A DNA stretch of 64,000 bases from Verrucomicrobiales bacterium (GTDB lineage Bacteria > Verrucomicrobiota > Verrucomicrobiia > Limisphaerales > J093): NCBI GenBank assembly GCA_037445715.1, contig JBBIJZ010000002.1:30269-94268 (forward strand), written 5' to 3'. This document shows, one piece after another, positions 17,979-27,291 of this stretch (the first letter of the stretch is position 1; each line of letters opens with the position of its first letter). Both the position numbers and the translations under genes were made by a program. The notes beneath the pieces were generated by a model. That model had not been told where the DNA came from and searched no databases. It saw only the letters and a program-made list of their open reading frames with translations.

Positions 17979-20216
17979 GTGTTACCACCGGGCGACATGT
18001 GGGCCGCCCAACATCGGGGGCTGTTATCGGACTTCGCCCGGGCCTTTGGCAAGCCTGCACGCCACCCGGCGGCCGCGCCTTCGCAGGGGGCGGAGCAGCC
18101 CGGGAAAGGTGCGTGGCGGGCCGGTCTCTTTTGGGGTCTGTTCTTGTTCGTGGCGGGCTGCGGCGTCCAAGGGCGCGACCACCTGCTGCTGGGCCAGCGG
18201 TTGCTCCGGGAAGGCCGTCCGGCCGAGGCCATCGAGCCGCTCCAGGCCGCGATTCAAGCCCTCCAAACCAACGCCCCTGCCGCGGCCCAGGCCTGGAACT
18301 ACCTCGGCCTGGCCTACCATCGGGCGGGACAACCCGCCGAGGCCGCCCGGGCTTACAAGGTGGCGCTGGACCGCGACTTCAACCTCTTCACCGCCCGCTA
18401 CAACCTGGGCGCGCTGCTCTTCGAGCAGGGCAACTACGCCGCCGCCATCAACGAACTGACCACCTACACCGCCCACCAGCCCAAAGACCCGGCCGGCTGG
18501 CTCCTGCTCGGCCGGGCGCAACTGCGCGCCGGCCTGCTCGACGCCGCCGACCGCAACCTGCTCCAGGCCCTGCGCCTGAACCCCGATCCTCTCCCGCAGG
18601 CCGAAGCCCTCAACGCCCTCGGCCTGGGCCAGGCCCAACGCCGCCGACCCCGCGAGGCCTTCCAGTACTTCGAGGCCGCCCTCAATCGCGTCACCAACTA
18701 CCCGCCCGCCCTGCTCAACCAGGCCATCCTTTCCCAGCAGGTGCACGACCACCGCTTCGCCCTCCAGAAATACGCCGCCTACCTCGCCGCGGCCGGCCAG
18801 GCCGCTGAGGCCGAGACCATCCGCCGCCTGACCAACCGCCTGGGCGAGCAAATCGCCCAGACGCTCAAGCCCACACCGGCACCGGTTGCCCCGCCACCCG
18901 CGACCAACCTGCTGGCCAATCTCCGCACCGCAACTCCGCCTGCAGTGAGCGCTCCAACCCCGAGCCCGCTCCGCACCACGGTGCCTCCGGCCAAGCCGTC
19001 CGTCACCGCGCCGCCGGGGATCGCGCAAACCTCACCCCCCCCGGCCCCGGTCGCCACCACCGCACCCCCACCCGTCGTAGCCGCCGCCCCACCGCCGGTC
19101 CGGACGCCGCCGGACACCACACCTGCGCCGCCCCAGGTCGCCGCGGTCACACCGCGCGCCGCCCCCCCCGGCCCCCGCGGAGCCGAAAAACCACCACCAA
19201 GCACGCCCGGCCCCGCACCGGCGCCCGTTGCCGCCGCGCCCAAGCCAGAGCCGCCCCCGGCGCCGACCGTGGAAACGGTGGAGCTCGAGACCGAACCGGA
19301 CGTCAAACCCGCCGTGGACGTGGCGCTCGCCCCGGCCGCGACGCCGCTCCCGCCTTCCGTCGCCACGTCCCCTCCACCCGCCGCGCCCGCTCGCGAACCA
19401 GCGGCGGGTCCCACCCCGGCCCGACCCGCCGCCACGCCGGCATTGTCCTCCGCGGCCCCGGGCAGCGAAGCCAAGGAACCCGAACCGCCCCGCAAACGCT
19501 CCTTCCTCGCCCGACTCAACCCGCTCAACCTCATCCGCGGCGAGGAGGACCCGGAAAAAATCCGCGAGCGCGAGGCGAAAAAAGCCGCCGAGCAGGCCCG
19601 CAAGGCGGCAAAAGAGGCCGCCAAAAAACGGCCCACACCCGTCGAACGCAAGACGGCCGCCGCCCCGGCCCCGCCTCCCGAGCCGCCCCGCCCCGTTTTT
19701 CCCCGGTACCGCTACGCGGCACCGGCCCCGCCCGCGCCCGGAAATCGCGCGGAGGCCGAGCGCCTGGTGGCCGAAGGCCTGGCCGCGCACCGCGCCGGGC
19801 GGTTGGGCGAGGCGTTGACGGCGTACCAGCGGGCCACGCGCGCCGACCCGGCGCACTTCCCGGCCCAGTTCAACCTGGCCGTGGCCGCCTACGAGCAACG
19901 CGACTGGCCGCGTGCCCTGGCCGCTTACGAGACCGCGCTGGCCCTGGACCCCGCCCATGCCGACGCCCGCTACGGCCTGGCCCTCACCCTGGAACGCGCC
20001 GGTTACCCGCTCGACGCGGCGGCGGAACTGGAAAAATTGCTCGCCCGCGACCCGCGCCACGTCGAAGCGCACCTGGCCCTGGCCAATCTTTGCGCCACGA
20101 CGCTGGCCGAGCGCGACCGCGCGCGGGAGCATTACCTCAAGGTGCTCGAGCTCCAGCCCCACCACCCCCAGGCCGGGCTGATCAAGCGCTGGCTGGGGCC
20201 GGCCCGGCGGCCCTGA
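17979..20216 (+). CDS. TPR-repeat protein with a roughly 300-aa Pro/Ala-rich linker
   Basis: GTG 17979, with an alternative ATG at 17997. Membrane or lipobox-like segment LFLFVAGCG. TPR blocks lie on both sides of a low-complexity Pro/Ala/Thr region (about 18861-19745), e.g. AWNYLGLAYHRAGQPAEAARAYKVAL and ARYGLALTLERAGYPLDAAAELEKLL. Confidence 0.75.
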   Translation: MLPPGDMWAAQHRGLLSDFARAFGKPARHPAAAPSQGAEQPGKGAWRAGLFWGLFLFVAGCGVQGRDHLLLGQRLLREGRPAEAIEPLQAAIQALQTNAPAAAQAWNYLGLAYHRAGQPAEAARAYKVALDRDFNLFTARYNLGALLFEQGNYAAAINELTTYTAHQPKDPAGWLLLGRAQLRAGLLDAADRNLLQALRLNPDPLPQAEALNALGLGQAQRRRPREAFQYFEAALNRVTNYPPALLNQAILSQQVHDHRFALQKYAAYLAAAGQAAEAETIRRLTNRLGEQIAQTLKPTPAPVAPPPATNLLANLRTATPPAVSAPTPSPLRTTVPPAKPSVTAPPGIAQTSPPPAPVATTAPPPVVAAAPPPVRTPPDTTPAPPQVAAVTPRAAPPGPRGAEKPPPSTPGPAPAPVAAAPKPEPPPAPTVETVELETEPDVKPAVDVALAPAATPLPPSVATSPPPAAPAREPAAGPTPARPAATPALSSAAPGSEAKEPEPPRKRSFLARLNPLNLIRGEEDPEKIREREAKKAAEQARKAAKEAAKKRPTPVERKTAAAPAPPPEPPRPVFPRYRYAAPAPPAPGNRAEAERLVAEGLAAHRAGRLGEALTAYQRATRADPAHFPAQFNLAVAAYEQRDWPRALAAYETALALDPAHADARYGLALTLERAGYPLDAAAELEKLLARDPRHVEAHLALANLCATTLAERDRAREHYLKVLELQPHHPQAGLIKRWLGPARRP

Positions 20217-20246
20217 AGCCGGATCGAAGCCGGATTCGGGGGCGTG

Positions 20247-23200
20247 TCACCCGACGCGGCCCGGCTTGGCGGGTGACCGCGCAAGGCGCAGGACCATCCA
20301 ACCGGCCAGGAACAGGCCTGCCAGCAGGGCCAGTCGGCCCACGCCCGAAACCTCCGCCCGCACGGCCGCGACGCGGAGGGCGATTTTCAACTCGGCCCAC
20401 GGCTCCACCGCCAGCGGGCGGGTGAAGGTCAACACCCGGCCCTGCTCGGGCAGCGCCACCCGCAACGCCGTGGGGCTGGCCGCCGCCGCTTCCTGCTGTT
20501 GAATGAGGCGCTGGGCCAGTTTCAACGGCACCGCCTCGTCCTCGGGGGCGCCGCGCTCAAGCTGTTGCCCTGCCCGGGGAGGCGTCGCCGGCGCCGCGGC
20601 CGGGGAGGGGACCTGGCCGGCCACGCGGCTCTGACTGAGGCTCAACCCCCGGAGGGCCTGCTGCATCTTGAGGTTTTGGAGCTGGACGCGCGCGTCCTCG
20701 TTGAACGCCGCGTCGCGGCTTGAAAGTTGAAAGGCGTTCTTGAAGGCCAGCCGGGCGCGCTCGGCGTCGCCGGCCTCGAGCAGGCGGTTGCCCAGGGAGA
20801 GAAATTGTTCGGCCTGCTGATTCTGCTCGCGTTGCCGGGTCCGTTCCGCGGTCAGGTAGGCCTCCAGGTCCGGCGGGGCCACGGCGCGGGTGGCCGCCTC
20901 CTGCAATTGCAGGGTGCCGGACCAGTCCTTCAGGCGCCAGCGCTCGTGCAGGAAGACCTGCCAGGAGACGTTTTCCAGGGGCAGGTCCAGGCGCGGCCCG
21001 ACCAGCGTCAGGTCGAGCGTCTCCGGTCGCGCGCGGCCCGCCGGGCTGGTGTGGTAGAACTCGATGGTGACCGGTTCGCTGCCGCCGGCGTGTTGCTCGA
21101 GCGGGATGAGCACCTGGTCGCCGTCGTTCCAGGGCCAGACGCTGTTCTGGTTGACGAAGGCGAACCAGAAACGCGCCCCGGCCGGCAGCCGCAGGTGCAA
21201 CAGGCGCTTGTCGCCCGGAACCAGTTCGACCCGCGTGCGGGTGAGCATCCCGCCGTCGTCGGCCACGACGGATTGGAGTTCGACGCGGTTGACGCGCGCG
21301 GGCAGGAGGCTGGCGGCCTGGTGACGCTCCAGACGCACGGTCAGGCGCGCGTCCGGCTCGATGAGGCGGAAGGTGTAGTTGGCCGCCGCCGCCGGGATGT
21401 CCCGCAGCAACGCGCGCGGGATGACCTGCCATTCGGTGGGTTGCAGGCTCGGCGGCACCTCCGCCACCCGCGCCTGGAGCCGGCCGGCGGCCTGCACGGT
21501 GAGGAAGCCGCGTTGCAGATTCACCTCGAGCGCCTGCACGCCGAGGATTTCGGCCGCGGTCGCCTCCCCGGCCACGGGCAGGGTGTAGCTGACCTGAAGC
21601 AGATGCCGGCCGAGCACGCGCCGGTGCAGCTTCACTTCCCAGACGCGCGCGACGGCGTTGGTGGCGTCCTCGCGCGGGGCGAAATCGGCCACCGATTCGC
21701 CGCGGAAGCGGACGTTCTCCGCCGCGGCGGGCAGGCGCACCCGGAGGGTTTTGACGCCGGTGTTTTCGATCTCGTACTGGAGGTTGGCCTGCACCTGGAG
21801 GCGGGCGTCGCCCACGGTCACGTGCTGGAGGCTGGTGACCTGCAACCAGGCGTCCACCGATTCGAGGTCCAGCGTCAGCCGCCAGGGACTTTGCAGGAGC
21901 CGGAAGGCCAGCACGCCCCGGGGCCGCGCCCCGGCCTCGGCCGGGTCAAACGGCACCACGCCCTCGCGCGCGGCCACGCGCACCCGCAGGCCCTGCTCGG
22001 GCGCCACGAACAACTGCCCCCGCTCCCGGGCCGCCTCTCGCACCCGCAGCACGGGCACCGTCCAGCCCTGCGCCGCGCGCACGCCCGGCCCGGCCAGCGT
22101 CAGCGCAAAGGTCTGTGGTCCCAGCGTGCGGCCCTTGAGATGGAGCGTGATCACGCGGTGGGTGGCGTCGGTCCGCAGTTCCGTCCAGTGGCTCAACGCC
22201 GCGCCGCTGAGCGTCTCCACCTCCAGACCCGGTGGCAGCGAAAAGCTCAGCCGGAAAATGCCCGCCCGCGTGATGTCCACCGTCCACGTCGCCGCCAGCA
22301 GGACGCGGTCCTCGCCCAGCGAGAGGGTTTGCTGCGACTCGACCCGCACCTCGGGTTCGACCGGCGCGGCCCGCAGGCGCAACGCGGCCTCCGTGTTCGC
22401 GTACCGGAAGGCCCGGCGCACGGCCAGGCCCGGCACCGCCCCGACCAGCGGTTCGAGCACCGCGACCGGGAAATCCTCCAGGTTGATCGGCGCCAGCGGT
22501 CCGGCGTCCACCGCCTCCAACTGCACCTCGCCCCCCGTGGCCACGCCCACCACGCCCACCTCGCTGGCGGCGCCGCGCAGCCGCACCAGGCCCACGCGGG
22601 TCTCCGCGGGCAAGGTGCCGGCGGGCGATTGCGAGCGGATTTGCACCGCAAACGGCCGGGCCTGCGCGGGGCTGAGCCGGGCGCGCAACTGCCGCGTGTC
22701 CGGGTCAAACCGCCAACCCGCCAACCCCGGCGCGGTCACGTCGGTGACCGCCGCCCCCGGCGGCACGTCGAACACCAGTTCGGCCAGCTCGCCCCGGGCC
22801 GGGCGCACCTGCGCCGCGTGCAACCCTTCCACCGCCCCACTGGCCGGGACGTACACCTGCGTCCATTCCGCGTAAAAGACCGCCGCTTCGCGCCGCGGGT
22901 CGCGTTGCCGCGGCCGCCAGCCCAGCCACGTCTCGCCCACGGGCCGCAACACCAGCTCAATTACCGTGTTGGTCGCGTCCGCCGCCGAGCGCCGCTGCGC
23001 GGACACGGCCTGTTCGGCGACCACGTCCACGTCCTGGCCCGCGACGGTCAACGTGAGGCGGTTGACCAGCCCCGGCGGCACCGGCACCCGGAAGCCGCGG
23101 ACTTCGCCCTGCGGCTCGACCCGGGTTTGGTAACGGATCACGGCCTCGATCCAGCCGTTGGTCTCGGCCAGGAGCCCGCGTTGCGGCCGCTCCGGCGGGC

Positions 23201-26200
23201 CGCCCTGGACGAGGCGGGCGGCACCGGTGACCAGCTCGAACCCGGTGAGCACGCCGGGCGCTTCGAGCACGGGCAGCGTCTGGCCCGGGGCGGCCTGCCA
23301 GCGCAGCCGCACCTCACCCAGCACGTGGTCGTCCTCTGCCCGCACTTCCTGGACGATCTGCGCGGCCACGGGAGCCGCGGGGCCGGCCGCCCGGGCCGGC
23401 AGCCCCCACGCGCCGACACCCAACCCCAGACCGAGCCACCCCACCACCGCGGCCGTGACCGGGCCGGTCGCGGCACCGGGCGCCACCGGCGCGCGCCACC
23501 ACCGCCGCCACAGCGGCACCAGCACCTGGACCACCAGGAACAAGCCCACCACGCCGGCAAAGGACGCGCCACCGTCCGGTTGTCGCAAGGCCGCCCAGGC
23601 CAGTGCCGTCCAGCCCAGCGCGCCCCACACGACGACGCGCCGCGGTTGGGTGGAACCGCGGCCCACGGCCCAGGCCACCAGCGCCAGGGCGGCCGGCCAA
23701 AAACTCCACACCCGTCCCCACACCGGCACCGTCAGCGGCACGTGCAGCACTTCGGCCCGGAGCACGCCGCCGGGTGGGAGCACCGGCGCCACAAAGCGCA
23801 GCCCGGCATCTTCCGCGCCGGGCGGTGGCGTGGCGACCCACTCCCGGAGCATCTGCGCGGCCAGGAACAGGGCCAGCAAGCCCGCCGCCAGCGCGGCGAG
23901 GCGCCGGGGCGCGAACCGGCCACCGGGCGTGTCCGCCAGCCAGCGCAGCGCCAGTGCGGCCAGCAGCACCATTCCCAACAGCACCAGCCACCGGCCGGCG
24001 GTTTTCGCGCGGTCCGGTCCGGTGAAGATGCGGGCCAGCGCGGTCCAGCCGGTATGGGCGGCGACGGCCGGGGCGGGGGGCAACGTGGCGGAGCGCAGCA
24101 CCAGGCGACGGTCCCGCTCGGTCTCCAGGCGCCAATCGGCCAGCAGCACCGGGGCGGTCACCGCCGGGGTGGCCACGGTGAGTCGGCGCGGCCCGACGTT
24201 GGTGGCCGCCAGTTTGACCACCACCTCGTTGAGCGTGTTCGGGTCGCTGTGCTGCGGCAAGCGGATGAGATTGGTTGGGCCGTCGCGGACGGGCACAACC
24301 GCGTTGCTGTTGACCAGCACCGACCAGAGGGTGGTGTTGGGCGGCAGGACCAGTTGCAGATGCGGCGTGCCCTTGTTCTTCACGAAATAGCGCGCCTCGG
24401 TCACCACCTGGCCCTCGCGGGCAATCCGGGTGGTGAGCGCCGCCCGGTCCACCACCTGGCTGAGCATCTCGCCCTGGGCCAGCGGCTGAAGGGCCAGTTC
24501 GAGGTTGAAGGGCCGGGCGGTGTACCGGAAGGCGGCCAGCACCGGCGCGTCGAACAGCAGCCGGTACTCCGGCGGCAACTCGCCCGGCTCGAGCGCGACC
24601 AGGGCGGGCGAGACCTGCACCGGCCGGACCTGGAACTGGTAGGTGCTGACCACCACGGTGTAGCCCTGTTCGCTCTGCACCTCGAGCGGGCGCGCACCGG
24701 TGAAGGCCAGTTGGTCGCCCGGCGCCTTGAACGGCCGGTCATAGGTGACCAGCAACGTGTACGGACCGCTCACCGGCTGGCCGAGCTCGACCCGGTAGCC
24801 GTTGGGGGTCTGATGCGCCCCCCGGACGTGCCGGCCGGTGAACTCGACATTGGCCACCTCCGCCGGCAACTCGACCGTCCAGGCCGAGACCGGCGCGCCG
24901 CTGACCAGGTAGTTCAACACCGAACTGCCGTAGGCCACGCCCTCGCCCACCGAGAAGAGGTGGAAGGCGTCCACCTGCACCGTCTGCGGCAGCCGCTCCA
25001 CCGCCAGCGTGGCCGACCACCCGGCCTCCGTGATCCGGAACGCCGCCTGCAAGCCCGCGCGCGGTTTGGGGAAAAACGCCGTGGCCAGCTCCGTCAGGCC
25101 CGCGGTCGCCGCCGGCGTGAGCCGGAAACCCGCGTCGGCGGAGACGCCCACGTGGCCGCGGGTGGACCGGGCGCGCAACACCTCCAGGCGCGGCAGGGTC
25201 CAGCGCGGCTCGCGGAAAGCCTCGTTGCGCTCCAGTCGCAGGGTGATCAGTTGCCGGCCCAGCACCGGCGCCCCGTAAAGCACCCGCACCACCGGCTCGG
25301 CTTCGCCGGCGGGCGGCACCGTGTACTCGCTCATCCCCGCCGCCTGCACCGCGACCACGGTGAACCCGGTCGGCACCCGCACCTGGACTTCGCGCAGCGC
25401 CGCCTCGCGCACGTCCACCTCGAACTCCGCTTCGATCCCCAGCTCGGACTCGCCCAGGTAATAGGCCAGGACGGCCGACACGGCCAGCTCCGGCAGGACG
25501 TCGTCCGCCTGCAGGCGCAACCGCTGTTCGGGGCCGGCATACCGGTAGGCAAACACCGGGCGGGCCGCCGGCGGCGCCAGCGCGCGCGCGGTGTCGCTCC
25601 CCGGAAACTGTTCCGGCGAAATCTGCGCCAGGCCCGCGGCCTCGAGCACATCCAGCCGCACCGCGCCCTGCGTGGCCACGCGCAGGTGCCCGGCGAAGCG
25701 CGTGGCGCCCGCGGGCGCCAGCCGCGTCACCTCCACGGTTTGCGGGAAGGCGTCCAGCGCCTGCTCGAGGTGCACGCTCAGCGCGAAGGTGTCCTTTTGC
25801 GGGGCGTTCAACTGCACCTGCAACCGCCGGCGGCCCTCGCGGTCGGCGGGCAACACCTCCCACGACAACACCGCCCCGCCCTGCACGCGTGTGACCGCCG
25901 CCCCGCCGGCCAGCGCCAGCTCCACGCGCTGCATCTCCCCCTGCATCACGCGAAACTCCAGCGCCGCCGCCTGCCGCATCAGGCCGGGGCTGAGCGTCAC
26001 CTGCTCGAGCGCCTCGGCCGCGAAGAACAGGCGCCCCTCGGCTTCCGGCCGGCCTTCCTGCCAGGCCAGGCGCACCCGGCCATCCGGCGGCAAGTGGCTC
26101 ACAAACCCCTCGCCCCGCCGTTCGGGGCGGGCCGCGCCTGCGAAGCGAAACTGCGTGTCCGCGGGCAGGCCGGCGAGCGTGATCGGGGCCACGACCGCCG

Positions 26201-27275
26201 GCGCCACGGTGAAGTTCACCTCGCGCCAGCCGTTGGTGTGGCGCACCGCGGCGTCGAACTCGAACGCCAGCGGGAACTCACCCGCACGGTCAAATTCCGC
26301 CACGTAGGTCTCGCGCTCGAACCGCAGCCGCACGCCTTCCGGCGCCGTGAACCCGGCCAGCGCCGCTTCGCCGCCGAGCACCTCGAGCCGGCCGCCGCGG
26401 GGCAGCGGCACGCGCGCCCGCGCGGTGAGCCGGAAACGCGCCCGGTCCTCGCTCAGTTCGCCGCGCAGTTGGAAATCGCGCCAAGTAACCAGGCGCGCCT
26501 CCGGGTCGGCCGGGGCGATTTTCAACGGGAGCACGCCCGGGGCGCCCTGAAACCGGAAGGCCAGCGGCGCGGGCGCGCTCGCCGGCGCGTCCGGGCGCAG
26601 ACCCGGGGGCAGAAACCGCGGTTCGATGGGCACCAGCCCGGCCAGCCCCTCGCCCGGTTCGACCGCCAGTTCGCCCGGCGCGTCCACGCGCAGATAACCG
26701 GCCGCGAGCAGGGCCGGCTCGGTGGCGAAGGTCAGCGGCTGCACCGTGCGGGGCAGCTCCGGCACCGAGGTGACGGCCTGGATCGTGGTGGTGAATCGTT
26801 TCCGCGGCGGGTCCGCGCGGTTCAAGCGCAACACCAGTTGCCGGCCCGACGCGGTCTGGCGCACTGCCCAGTCCTCGAGGCCCTCGCCGTGGACCTCGCG
26901 CACCTCGCCCTCGCCGGCGAGCGCCAAGACCAGCTCGCGCAATTCGCCCTGCAACGCCTCGGCCTGCACCTGGACGCGCTGGCGGATTTCTTCGCGGCCG
27001 ACCTCGAGGTGTTGCTCGAAGTGGGCGCCGTACAGGGCGGGCCGTGCCGCCGCGCCCAGACCGCTCAGGTCCGCCTCGATGACCAGTCGCGCCTTCTCGC
27101 CATCAAGCTGGCCGTTGACCGTGGCTCGCCGGACCTCGACCGCGGTCGGTTCGGCGCCCCGGCCCAGCAGCGCAACGGCCAGGCCGAGCGCGCCGAGCAC
27201 GCAGCGCGGTCCGCCGGGCCGCGGGTGCGGCCGGGGGCGGGAAAGGAGCAAGGGAGTCGGCGGCAGTGTGTTCAT
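20247..27275 (-). CDS. giant polytopic envelope protein (2,342 aa), internally duplicated, no recognisable domain
   Basis: ORF 20247..27818 trimmed to ATG 27275 (MNTLPPTPLLL..., signal-like GALGLAVALLG). The upstream part of the ORF is an out-of-frame overlap with the vWA gene. A central block of about six hydrophobic helices lies at about 23385-24000. There is a C-terminal TM segment (LALLAGLFLAGWMVL). The beta-rich composition contrasts with the Arg/Gly/His-rich antisense ORF. Confidence 0.8.
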   Translation of the reverse strand: MNTLPPTPLLLSRPRPHPRPGGPRCVLGALGLAVALLGRGAEPTAVEVRRATVNGQLDGEKARLVIEADLSGLGAAARPALYGAHFEQHLEVGREEIRQRVQVQAEALQGELRELVLALAGEGEVREVHGEGLEDWAVRQTASGRQLVLRLNRADPPRKRFTTTIQAVTSVPELPRTVQPLTFATEPALLAAGYLRVDAPGELAVEPGEGLAGLVPIEPRFLPPGLRPDAPASAPAPLAFRFQGAPGVLPLKIAPADPEARLVTWRDFQLRGELSEDRARFRLTARARVPLPRGGRLEVLGGEAALAGFTAPEGVRLRFERETYVAEFDRAGEFPLAFEFDAAVRHTNGWREVNFTVAPAVVAPITLAGLPADTQFRFAGAARPERRGEGFVSHLPPDGRVRLAWQEGRPEAEGRLFFAAEALEQVTLSPGLMRQAAALEFRVMQGEMQRVELALAGGAAVTRVQGGAVLSWEVLPADREGRRRLQVQLNAPQKDTFALSVHLEQALDAFPQTVEVTRLAPAGATRFAGHLRVATQGAVRLDVLEAAGLAQISPEQFPGSDTARALAPPAARPVFAYRYAGPEQRLRLQADDVLPELAVSAVLAYYLGESELGIEAEFEVDVREAALREVQVRVPTGFTVVAVQAAGMSEYTVPPAGEAEPVVRVLYGAPVLGRQLITLRLERNEAFREPRWTLPRLEVLRARSTRGHVGVSADAGFRLTPAATAGLTELATAFFPKPRAGLQAAFRITEAGWSATLAVERLPQTVQVDAFHLFSVGEGVAYGSSVLNYLVSGAPVSAWTVELPAEVANVEFTGRHVRGAHQTPNGYRVELGQPVSGPYTLLVTYDRPFKAPGDQLAFTGARPLEVQSEQGYTVVVSTYQFQVRPVQVSPALVALEPGELPPEYRLLFDAPVLAAFRYTARPFNLELALQPLAQGEMLSQVVDRAALTTRIAREGQVVTEARYFVKNKGTPHLQLVLPPNTTLWSVLVNSNAVVPVRDGPTNLIRLPQHSDPNTLNEVVVKLAATNVGPRRLTVATPAVTAPVLLADWRLETERDRRLVLRSATLPPAPAVAAHTGWTALARIFTGPDRAKTAGRWLVLLGMVLLAALALRWLADTPGGRFAPRRLAALAAGLLALFLAAQMLREWVATPPPGAEDAGLRFVAPVLPPGGVLRAEVLHVPLTVPVWGRVWSFWPAALALVAWAVGRGSTQPRRVVVWGALGWTALAWAALRQPDGGASFAGVVGLFLVVQVLVPLWRRWWRAPVAPGAATGPVTAAVVGWLGLGLGVGAWGLPARAAGPAAPVAAQIVQEVRAEDDHVLGEVRLRWQAAPGQTLPVLEAPGVLTGFELVTGAARLVQGGPPERPQRGLLAETNGWIEAVIRYQTRVEPQGEVRGFRVPVPPGLVNRLTLTVAGQDVDVVAEQAVSAQRRSAADATNTVIELVLRPVGETWLGWRPRQRDPRREAAVFYAEWTQVYVPASGAVEGLHAAQVRPARGELAELVFDVPPGAAVTDVTAPGLAGWRFDPDTRQLRARLSPAQARPFAVQIRSQSPAGTLPAETRVGLVRLRGAASEVGVVGVATGGEVQLEAVDAGPLAPINLEDFPVAVLEPLVGAVPGLAVRRAFRYANTEAALRLRAAPVEPEVRVESQQTLSLGEDRVLLAATWTVDITRAGIFRLSFSLPPGLEVETLSGAALSHWTELRTDATHRVITLHLKGRTLGPQTFALTLAGPGVRAAQGWTVPVLRVREAARERGQLFVAPEQGLRVRVAAREGVVPFDPAEAGARPRGVLAFRLLQSPWRLTLDLESVDAWLQVTSLQHVTVGDARLQVQANLQYEIENTGVKTLRVRLPAAAENVRFRGESVADFAPREDATNAVARVWEVKLHRRVLGRHLLQVSYTLPVAGEATAAEILGVQALEVNLQRGFLTVQAAGRLQARVAEVPPSLQPTEWQVIPRALLRDIPAAAANYTFRLIEPDARLTVRLERHQAASLLPARVNRVELQSVVADDGGMLTRTRVELVPGDKRLLHLRLPAGARFWFAFVNQNSVWPWNDGDQVLIPLEQHAGGSEPVTIEFYHTSPAGRARPETLDLTLVGPRLDLPLENVSWQVFLHERWRLKDWSGTLQLQEAATRAVAPPDLEAYLTAERTRQREQNQQAEQFLSLGNRLLEAGDAERARLAFKNAFQLSSRDAAFNEDARVQLQNLKMQQALRGLSLSQSRVAGQVPSPAAAPATPPRAGQQLERGAPEDEAVPLKLAQRLIQQQEAAAASPTALRVALPEQGRVLTFTRPLAVEPWAELKIALRVAAVRAEVSGVGRLALLAGLFLAGWMVLRLARSPAKPGRVG
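23385..24000 (-). other. central six-helix membrane block of the giant protein
   Basis: Hydrophobic segments: WLVLLGMVLLAALALRWLA, LAALAAGLLALFLAAQML, VWSFWPAALALVAWAVG, VVVWGALGWTALAWAAL, FAGVVGLFLVVQVLVPLW, VTAAVVGWLGLGLGVGAWGL. Confidence 0.6.
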
Positions 27276-27291
27276 GGTCAAAAGGCCGGAT

